64,000 nucleotides of DNA, from NCBI GenBank assembly GCA_964475405.1, contig CAYYWX010000001.1:6333-70332 (forward strand). Direction: 5' to 3'. Position numbers and translations under genes: made by a program. Numbering within the stretch: the stretch's first letter is position 1; each line of letters begins with the position of its first letter. This stretch comes from an uncultured Verrucomicrobiota bacterium. GTDB lineage: Bacteria > Verrucomicrobiota > Kiritimatiellia > JAAZAB01. Below, in pieces: positions 26,914 to 34,495 of the stretch. The notes under the pieces are model-generated. The model was given only the letters and a program-made list of their open reading frames with translations, had not been told where the DNA came from and made no database searches.

Positions 26914-28356
26914 TCATCGCACTCCATAAATTGTGCCCGCCCGGATGTTTTCATAGGCGCCCATGTCAACGGTGCCGTAGCGGATGCGCGCGCGGCCGTC
27001 CAGATCCCTGCTCGTGACGCTTCCATCCCTCATCCAGGAAAGATTCGTCCCGGCGTTGACGCACGGCGAGCGCCCTGAAAGGCGGTAATTACCGGCAACA
27101 TGGTTCGTCCCGTAGTCGCTGCCCTTATCCAGCAACATCGGATCATCGGTGATATTCCCGGCCCCGGCCGCGGCGGGCGCCGTGCAGCTATTTACGAAAG
27201 TGCATCCGGTCCAGTTTGAGATGCTGGCGCCGCCGGAATTGAAATATACGATGCAATTAGACAGAGTGCCGCCATACACTCCGCCGCCGCCGGTGCCGCC
27301 GGTCGCCTTGTTACCGACCAGTGTGCAATTATACAGCTTGCTTGCGGCTGATGATCCGGCGCCGCCGCCATAACCGGCATGGTTGCCAGTCAATAAACAG
27401 TTATACAAAGTGCTGTCATACGCCCCGCCGCCGGCCATGCTGTCTGACGCCCTGTTGCCGGTCAACGTGCAGTTATACAAAATGCAAGAGTGAACGCCAC
27501 CGCCATAGTTTTCAGTCGCCTGATTGCTAATCACCGAGCAGTTATACAGGGTGCCACCATATGCCCCGCCACCAGCGCGCGCCGTATTGGCCGTAAGCGT
27601 GCAATTAGACAAAACGCAGCCGCGGCCACCGCCGCCGTACTTTCCAAGGTTGCCGGTCAACGTGCAGTTAACCATGATGCTGTACGCCGCGCCGCCGCCA
27701 TGGGTGGCATTAAGAGCAGGCGCGCCATATGTCATATTGCCGATCAGCGAGCAGTTATGCAACGTGCCATACCATACTCCACCACCTCCATAGTTGCCGG
27801 CCAATCCGCCGTAGGCCGAGTTGCCGGTTATGATGCAATTGGATATCACCGGGGTCGTGATGGCGGGACAATACACGCCGCCGCCGCAGCCGGACAGGCT
27901 CTCCACGCTCAACGTGGCGCCATTGGTGATTGTAAAACCGATCAAGGAAGAATTGGCGGCCATATAAACGCAACGAACAGCATTCGGGCCGTTGGTATTG
28001 CCGTCCGAGGCCCAGGCGCCCCTGATGATCGTATTTGTCGGATTGTTGTCCTTGCTCCTGACAGTGATCGCCTTGGTGATCGCAATCCGGTTGGTCAGGA
28101 TCGAGCCGGCGGGGTAATTCGTGACACCGCCGGAGGCATATATCCCATTGCTGACCCAGATCGTGTCGCTCGCCGCGGATTTGTCTATTGCGCCCTGGAG
28201 ATTGTTGGTGGCGTTCGCCCAGCCATTTGTCCCCAGGCCGGTCCCATTCGTCGCCACATACCAATCAACCGCCGGCGTTGTCCTGAGCAAACTAATCAAT
28301 AAAAACGCCGCCAGGCATACTTTCCACCGCATGCTACTTTTCGTTTTCATTATCAT
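26914..28356 (-). CDS. Secreted right-handed parallel beta-helix repeat protein (pectate-lyase-fold, glycine-rich LYNC(T/S)L(T/I)GN repeats)
   Basis: Signal peptide. About ten tandem ~22-aa repeats (GGGAY..TLYNCTLTGN...). C-terminal ...GTVDMGAYEN ending characteristic of this family. Confidence 0.7.
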   Translation of the reverse strand: MIMKTKSSMRWKVCLAAFLLISLLRTTPAVDWYVATNGTGLGTNGWANATNNLQGAIDKSAASDTIWVSNGIYASGGVTNYPAGSILTNRIAITKAITVRSKDNNPTNTIIRGAWASDGNTNGPNAVRCVYMAANSSLIGFTITNGATLSVESLSGCGGGVYCPAITTPVISNCIITGNSAYGGLAGNYGGGGVWYGTLHNCSLIGNMTYGAPALNATHGGGAAYSIMVNCTLTGNLGKYGGGGRGCVLSNCTLTANTARAGGGAYGGTLYNCSVISNQATENYGGGVHSCILYNCTLTGNRASDSMAGGGAYDSTLYNCLLTGNHAGYGGGAGSSAASKLYNCTLVGNKATGGTGGGGVYGGTLSNCIVYFNSGGASISNWTGCTFVNSCTAPAAAGAGNITDDPMLLDKGSDYGTNHVAGNYRLSGRSPCVNAGTNLSWMRDGSVTSRDLDGRARIRYGTVDMGAYENIRAGTIYGVR

Positions 28357-28359
28357 TAA

Positions 28360-28925
28360 CCAACAATTTCTTTTGTTAGACTATATTATCAAAACAGTTA
28401 CAAATCAATCAACACACATGTTGCCTTTTTGTCATAGTATTGCTTATATTTGTCATTTAGATCGTTCCGTTAAAACCCTGGCCACGCATTTTACGTGGTA
28501 AACCTGTGACTTGCCAAGTTACCAAGTCGCGGGTAAGGCCAAAGGCATGGCTGGGCAGGCATGACACACTTTTGCGGAGAAGTTGGAACGTATGACAAAA
28601 AGAATTCTTGTCCCGCTCAATCCCGATATCAAATCGGGATTGGGCGGCAGACTCGCAGGGCGAATTTCGCTTCCGCCAGTGCGGATTGGGAAAAACAAGG
28701 CAAGACCGGTTTAGATGCCGGTGCGCCGCGTGAAGCATCAGACTCGATTCTATGCGAACGCGGCAAGCCGGCAGATAAGCCGGTATCGCCGACTTGTCCT
28801 CCGTAGTCCGCTGTAGCGAGACGAAGGAGGACGTATTTTCCCAACGAAATTCGCACTGCTATGAACAACGAACGGCGATAAATAAATTTGGTTGCGGCTA
28901 TATGCCGCCTTAAGGAGGAATCACA
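28360..28925. promoter_or_regulatory. Long AT-rich divergent control region between the beta-helix gene and the AraC gene, with direct tttgtcat repeats and several small hairpins
   Basis: Direct repeat tttgtcat-N23-tttgtcat around 28425-28465. Perfect hairpin caatcccgat-atcaa-atcgggattg at ~28618-28642. Strong RBS (taaggaggaatcacaATG) before the AraC gene. Confidence 0.4.
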
Positions 28926-29789
28926 ATGGCAGGCAGAGCGCTTGAACAGGACGACTGGCTCAGGCTCAACAGCCGGTTGCTGTGGATATATGACGAGGCT
29001 GTCCCTGAAACAGGCAGCAGGAAGTTCAGCTCGCCGAATTATTCGGCCTGGCTTGTCAGGCGCGGGCACGTGAAAGTTTCATGGCCCGGACATGAACCAA
29101 TCGTAATCGGCGGCGGGTCCTGGGTGATTCCTCCGCTCAACGTGGAAAGATCGCAGTTATTTTCGCGCGATGCGGCCATTCTTTCCATGTGCTTCCAGCT
29201 TGAATGGCCGAATTACAGCCCGCTTTTTCCGCTGAAAAAACTGGTTTCCTTCCGGTCGTCATCCGCGCCGGAACTTGAGAAACATGCGCTGGATCTTTTG
29301 AATGTTTCCGGCGGACGCCTGACGTTCCCCTGGTGGCGCGAGGACGGATTCATGGACTTCGGGAAACATTCCGCTTCGCAGGCAAAATTCTGGCAATGGC
29401 TCGCCCGCTGGTCCTCCGTCATGATCAAGAACGGCGTGGAGCCGTTTATTCCCGATAAAATGGACAGCCGGGTGGCGGGTGCCATCAAGATGATTGACGG
29501 CCTCTCCTTCACGGGTAAAATTCCTTACGGCAACCTGGAAAAAATCGCCGGGCTGGGAAAAGTTCAAATTGACCGGCTTTTCCTCAAAAACATCGGGATG
29601 ACGCCCCGCAAATATCTTGAAAGAAGGGTCTTGGAATCCGCCAGGGAACTGCTCCAGACAACCGGAATGTCGGTCAAGGAAATAGGCTTCAAGCTGGGCT
29701 TCGCCTCCGCCTCGCATTTCTGTTTTTGGTTCAGGAAGCGCGCCGGTATCTATCCGCTGGATTTCAAGCTCAAGGGATGGCCGTTTTAA
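28926..29789 (+). CDS. AraC/XylS-family transcriptional regulator
   Basis: C-terminal double HTH (LFLKNIGMTPRKYLERRVLESARELLQTTGMSVKEIGFKLGFASASHFCFWFRKRAGIYP) and an N-terminal ligand-binding-like domain. Divergently oriented to the hydrolase/PQQ gene array. Confidence 0.8.
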   Translation: MAGRALEQDDWLRLNSRLLWIYDEAVPETGSRKFSSPNYSAWLVRRGHVKVSWPGHEPIVIGGGSWVIPPLNVERSQLFSRDAAILSMCFQLEWPNYSPLFPLKKLVSFRSSSAPELEKHALDLLNVSGGRLTFPWWREDGFMDFGKHSASQAKFWQWLARWSSVMIKNGVEPFIPDKMDSRVAGAIKMIDGLSFTGKIPYGNLEKIAGLGKVQIDRLFLKNIGMTPRKYLERRVLESARELLQTTGMSVKEIGFKLGFASASHFCFWFRKRAGIYPLDFKLKGWPF

Positions 29790-29861
29790 GGCTCCGGCCG
29801 ATTGCCGGCAATCGCTCGCGCGGGTTTATTCCTGAAACAGGCTATGCCCGCAACCCAAGTT

Positions 29862-29900
29862 CGCCGCACACCGTGCGGCGCTACAATTGTAGTTCGTCAA
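29862..29900. terminator. Double-hairpin module (copy 2) between convergent AraC and paralog 4 genes; likely bidirectional terminator
   Basis: cgccgcac-acc-gtgcggcg followed by the palindromic gctacaattgtagt. The same architecture as the element at ~26668. Confidence 0.4.
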
Positions 29901-29910
29901 GAAATGAAAA

Positions 29911-32133
29911 CTACCGCTCTTCAATGCAGTACAGGTTTTCCTGTCCGCGGTAATACATGCGTTTCCCCTCGAAAACCGGCGCGCTGGCGATGGTGGATTC
30001 CTGCTGCTCGACAATGTAAGGCAATTTATAGGAGGTGTTGCCGTAGATGTTGATACAATAAGAGCCGAGCGCCCTGCCGCCTTTCACCATCCTGGTGTCC
30101 TGCGATTCATCTCCCCTGACGATATGTTCCACCTTGTTGCGCGCGACCTCCTCATACTGCCGGCCGGTCTTGAAGACGATCGTGATGCCGGTGGGGCTCA
30201 TGACATAGATGTAAGGGCCGGCCAGGGTCGGGCTTCCACCCCACCAATTGCACCACGGATTACGGGAGAAACTGTTGATGTCGCCGGCCAGTTCCTTCTG
30301 GTAGACCGCGGCCATCTGCTCGATGTCAAACACGGTCAGCACGCCGTCGTCGCTGACCTGGTAACCAAGTCCTTCGTGTATAACCTGGGAGCCGCAAACG
30401 CTCCTGAACATGTCCTGGTATCCCGGGGGCTTGATCGGCTTTTCGGCCAGGGGCTTCATTGTGCCGCGCGAGACGGCTGAAACTCCGGAACTGCCGGCCT
30501 TGATGTCGAAGACCCGGGACCCGGACATGACGCGGTCCTTGTCTATCACCGGGGTTATCATGAATCCGCCGGAAAATTTATTGGAGTTCACCTGCCCGTC
30601 CGTGCCCCGGATGAAAACATTCCCGCCGCCCCCGCACAGGTAATCGGTCGAATTGAACCGGTAGTTGACGAACGACCCGAACTGACCCGGGCCGCGAAAA
30701 TAGCCGATCGCGCTTCCGGCGATCTGCCAGGCCTGGAGACCGTCGGCCTGGTTGAAGGCCGTCATGTTGCCGTCATAGATCACCATTTTTCCGTCGGCTA
30801 TGTTCGGCGAGTTGAACCAGTTGTGGTGCTGGGGGAGCGGAGTGCTGTAGCGGGTCCAGCGTCGTTTGCCCGCCATGTCAAAGCAGGCGCGCACGCCGAA
30901 AGTGTTCCAGACATAAATGTTTTGGCCGTCCGAGACCGGCGTCGCCACGGACCATTGTTCCCCGTCCGTGGGTTCCTGGAGTTTCTTGTATGTTTCGTTC
31001 CACGTCTCCAGGATTAATTTGTCCATCTCCTTTTCCAGGGCCATCTGTTCCTTGACCGCCTGCTCGCCCGGCTGGGTGCCTTCCACGTAACTGCGGTAAT
31101 AAGCATCGCGTTTCTCAGCCATGCCGTCCAGCTTGGCGGCCGCCTCTGGATTTTCCTTGCGCTCCTCCGGCGTGAGGGCGTCGTAAATGCTGTTTGGACG
31201 CACCCAGAGGACTTTTCCCGTTTTCTTCTCCACGCAGACCAGGCTGCAAGGATAGGCCGTGGTGAAAATTTTGTCGCCGACAATGATCGGCATTGACAGG
31301 CTGATTCCGGGCATCGTCGTTATCCAGGCGATATTTTTCTCCTGGTATTCATGCGGCTCCCCGGCGCTCCAAAAACGGCAGCGCAGGTAGCATTGCGGCT
31401 TCCAGCCTTCCGCCTTGGTCTCCGAAATTTTGAACAGGAAACGGTTCCAGCCGGCCTTCAACTCCAGGGGGATCACCGGGCCATGGGCAAAATGCCACCA
31501 GGATTGCATGTCCTTGTTGGCGTACATCTGTTTGCCGTTAAACCAGAAGGCCGCGCCCTGGACGTGTTTCAGGTGCGCATAAACCTTGACCGGATTCTCA
31601 ACGTAGAGGCACGATTGCGCGTAGGCCAGCTGGTTACTGGTCATCGGGCCGACCGCTTTCCATAAGTCCACGTATGAGTCGTCAACCTTGACAAGCTTCC
31701 AGGTTGTGTCGCCGATTTTATCCCCCGCCACCGGCGCGAAATCAGCCTCCCCCGGCAGCAATTGGCCGGTGATCGCCTTCACGGCGTCCGTGTCGGAACA
31801 ACTGATCGGCCCGGCCACGAGCCACTCGCTGAAAAATCCGACCGAGACAGGCGTCGCGTCCTTGCCCGACTGGTCCTTCGGCACGGCGGCCAAGCACTTG
31901 ATCCCCAGCATTTTCTTGTCAACCCGTCCCCAATGCACGGGCGGATTGGCGGCCGGGTATTTTCCAGTGCCGTCCATACGCCAGCCGACCGGCTGTTCCG
32001 GGGAAGGACGGAAATCAGGCGATCCGAGCGGCGCCTGTCCCGCGACAGCGCCGCGAACGCCGCAGGTTAGAAAAATGAGCGCCAGGACGGGTGCCGGGAT
32101 CATTGTCTTCATGAGGTTGGAATTGATTTTCAT
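29911..32133 (-). CDS. Secreted PQQ-like beta-propeller repeat protein, paralog 4, with inserted beta-sandwich module
   Basis: Signal peptide. N-motif LGSPDFRPSPEQPVGWRMDGTGKYPAANPPVHW. Insert homologous to that of paralog 3 (FFSEWLVAGPISC...YAHLKHVQGAAFWFNGKQMY). PQQ repeats (VCVEKKTGKVLWVRPNS). Confidence 0.75.
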   Translation of the reverse strand: MKINSNLMKTMIPAPVLALIFLTCGVRGAVAGQAPLGSPDFRPSPEQPVGWRMDGTGKYPAANPPVHWGRVDKKMLGIKCLAAVPKDQSGKDATPVSVGFFSEWLVAGPISCSDTDAVKAITGQLLPGEADFAPVAGDKIGDTTWKLVKVDDSYVDLWKAVGPMTSNQLAYAQSCLYVENPVKVYAHLKHVQGAAFWFNGKQMYANKDMQSWWHFAHGPVIPLELKAGWNRFLFKISETKAEGWKPQCYLRCRFWSAGEPHEYQEKNIAWITTMPGISLSMPIIVGDKIFTTAYPCSLVCVEKKTGKVLWVRPNSIYDALTPEERKENPEAAAKLDGMAEKRDAYYRSYVEGTQPGEQAVKEQMALEKEMDKLILETWNETYKKLQEPTDGEQWSVATPVSDGQNIYVWNTFGVRACFDMAGKRRWTRYSTPLPQHHNWFNSPNIADGKMVIYDGNMTAFNQADGLQAWQIAGSAIGYFRGPGQFGSFVNYRFNSTDYLCGGGGNVFIRGTDGQVNSNKFSGGFMITPVIDKDRVMSGSRVFDIKAGSSGVSAVSRGTMKPLAEKPIKPPGYQDMFRSVCGSQVIHEGLGYQVSDDGVLTVFDIEQMAAVYQKELAGDINSFSRNPWCNWWGGSPTLAGPYIYVMSPTGITIVFKTGRQYEEVARNKVEHIVRGDESQDTRMVKGGRALGSYCINIYGNTSYKLPYIVEQQESTIASAPVFEGKRMYYRGQENLYCIEER

Positions 32134-32395
32134 TGTCGATCCTTCCGTTATTCCGCGTGGTTTATTCCCAAGCCTACTCTGTGAAATAATTTTCAGATGC
32201 TACCCCCTCCGCCAAGCGTGTCAATGTTATTCTTCACCCCGCGGACTGAATATGATTGACGGGGAGATGCAGAAAGAATAGTTTTCAAAAAAATTTGGAC
32301 GTCCGCCGGCGCATCCGGGTAAGGACACTTATGAAAACATCCGTCGTGGCGTCATCCGCGGTTTCCGCTGAAAAATAACAGGGGGATTATTTACT

Positions 32396-34495
32396 ATGAT
32401 CATTTGGAACATGACCAAAACAATGACTTTGGCAACCGGCCTGGCGTTTGTTCTCCTAATCCACGCTGTCCGAGGTGTTGCGGCAGGAGAGGCGCAATTG
32501 GGTTCCCCGGATTTCCGCCCTTCGCCGGACCGACCGATCGGCTGGCGCGGGGATGGTTCCGGGAAATATCCGGCGGCCGAGCCGCCGCTTCACTGGGGAC
32601 GCGTGGCGAAATCGGTGAAGGAATTATGCGCCCAGTCCGCCAAGCCAAAGGAGGGCGACAAGGGGAAACCGATACCCGACGGCGTCATCCGCGAATGGAT
32701 GGTTCTGGGACCGCTGCCGGCGCCGGAGGGCAGGAATTTCACGAATGAACTCATCAGCGGGGAAGCCGATCTCAATCCGGCCGAGAACGACAAAATCGGG
32801 GAAAACGCCTGGAAAAAGGTTTTGCTGGAAACATCCTGCCTTGACCTTGCGACCTTGTTTGACCTTGCCGGTAAAACAAACCCGGTCGTCGCCTACGCCT
32901 GCGCGAACTTATGCTCCCCCGGCGGCCAGCCGCTCATCCTGAATTACATGCACGGGGGGATGACTCAAATCTGGCTCAACGGCAAAATGATCTACAACTG
33001 GAACCCCGCCGCCAATTCCACCGTGCGCTTGCAGCTCAACCCGGTAAAAGGCTGGAACCGGCTGGTCATCAAGATCAGCGCCAAGGGCTACATGCGCCCG
33101 GTGATCTTCGGCGCCCTTCCCGGCGAGTACGAGAGCAAGAATATCGCCTGGACCGCCGTCTTTCCGGCCGCGGGCCACAGTTCGCCGCTGATTGTCGGGG
33201 ACAAGATTTTTGCCATCGCCGAGGGCGGCCGCCTGTGCTGCCTGAACAAGGCGGACGGCAGGATCCTCTGGGTCCGTTCCAGCACTTACTTTGACGCGGC
33301 GACGGAGGAGGAGAAGAAGGCCAACCCGGACCTTTTCAAGGAACTGGAACCGCTCGCGGCAAAACTCAGGGAACTGGATGACGCCTGGGTGGCATCGCCG
33401 CTGCCGGATACGCTGAAAGAGCGCGGGAATATAGAGACCCTACTCTACAAGGGCGTTGTCAAAGTGAACAAGGAAAAATACCGCATGGCCGACGGCAGCG
33501 AGGCCGGCTACAGCGCCCCCTCCCCGGTCAGCGACGGACAGCGCGTCTACGCGGCTTTCGGCTCAGGCCTGGTTGTCTGCTATGATTTTGAAGGCAACCG
33601 CAAGTGGCTCACGCTCGAAAGCCACCCGACCGTGGAACACGGTTACACCTCTTCACCGCTGCTGGTGGACGGCAAATTGATCGTCTATTTCGGCAACCTG
33701 CGCGCGCTGGACGCGAAGACCGGCGCGGTGGCCTGGCAGCGGCCGCGCTACCTGCTCACGGGCGACAGCCTGACATATTGCGTGTTTCGCGGGACCGGTT
33801 GCGTGCTGCCGGCCGGCAATGACAAGGTGGCCTATTTCCTGAACGGCGATTTCGCGCGGGTGAGCGACGGCAAGATGCTCTGTGCGGACTTCTGGAAATT
33901 CGGCGACAACCGGATCGCAAGTCCTGTTGTCGATCGCGGTGTGATATATAAAATCGCCTCCAATAGTGGCGGCGTCACGGCCATCAAGCTTCCGGAACCG
34001 GCCGGGGATAAAATACTGCCGGAGATTGTCAAAAAGATTGCCTTCGACACCGGGAAGTTTCCCGTCAAGTTCTTTAATACCTACTACAATGCCTCGCCCT
34101 TGCTCAATGAAGGCCTTATGTACTGCGTGGACCAGGACGGCGTCCTAACGGTCGTGGATGTGGAAAAAGGAGAAGTGCTCTACCAGAAGACGCTTGATCT
34201 GGACCTGTACATGCACCACAACTTCGGTCCCGGCCGGGGCGGCGCCTCGTCCAGCCCGACGCTCGCCGGCAAGTATATCTACATCTTCGGCAACCAGGGA
34301 ACCTGCCTTGTCATCGAGTCGGGCCGCACGTACAAGCAGGTCGCGAAGAACCGTGTGGAATTCATTTACGGCGCGCGGGAATGGTGGGCGCGCCAGGAAA
34401 TCACGATGTCGTGCCCGGTCTTTGAGGGCCGGCGGATGTACTTCAGGGCGGACGCGAACCTGTACTGCATTGAAGAAAAAGGAACTGACAAATGA
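32396..34495 (+). CDS. Secreted PQQ-like beta-propeller repeat protein, paralog 5 (plus strand), with inserted beta-sandwich module
   Basis: AGGGGGA RBS. Signal peptide. N-motif LGSPDFRPSPDRPIGWRGDGSGKYPAAEPPLHW. Insert (IREWMVLGPLPAPEG...IWLNGKMIYNW). PQQ repeats (CCLNKADGRILWVRSST). The stop overlaps the next gene's start (ATGA). Confidence 0.75.
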   Translation: MIIWNMTKTMTLATGLAFVLLIHAVRGVAAGEAQLGSPDFRPSPDRPIGWRGDGSGKYPAAEPPLHWGRVAKSVKELCAQSAKPKEGDKGKPIPDGVIREWMVLGPLPAPEGRNFTNELISGEADLNPAENDKIGENAWKKVLLETSCLDLATLFDLAGKTNPVVAYACANLCSPGGQPLILNYMHGGMTQIWLNGKMIYNWNPAANSTVRLQLNPVKGWNRLVIKISAKGYMRPVIFGALPGEYESKNIAWTAVFPAAGHSSPLIVGDKIFAIAEGGRLCCLNKADGRILWVRSSTYFDAATEEEKKANPDLFKELEPLAAKLRELDDAWVASPLPDTLKERGNIETLLYKGVVKVNKEKYRMADGSEAGYSAPSPVSDGQRVYAAFGSGLVVCYDFEGNRKWLTLESHPTVEHGYTSSPLLVDGKLIVYFGNLRALDAKTGAVAWQRPRYLLTGDSLTYCVFRGTGCVLPAGNDKVAYFLNGDFARVSDGKMLCADFWKFGDNRIASPVVDRGVIYKIASNSGGVTAIKLPEPAGDKILPEIVKKIAFDTGKFPVKFFNTYYNASPLLNEGLMYCVDQDGVLTVVDVEKGEVLYQKTLDLDLYMHHNFGPGRGGASSSPTLAGKYIYIFGNQGTCLVIESGRTYKQVAKNRVEFIYGAREWWARQEITMSCPVFEGRRMYFRADANLYCIEEKGTDK

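Noticed and set aside
20156-32281. Plus-strand ORFs 20156-20542, 24013-24429, 26154-26762 and 31688-32281, all containing ...SPRQPTGCSG(D/E)GRKSGEP...
   Set aside because: They are antisense images of the conserved N-motif block of the minus-strand propeller paralogs. Their mutual similarity simply mirrors the nucleotide conservation on the other strand, so they are not a real protein family.
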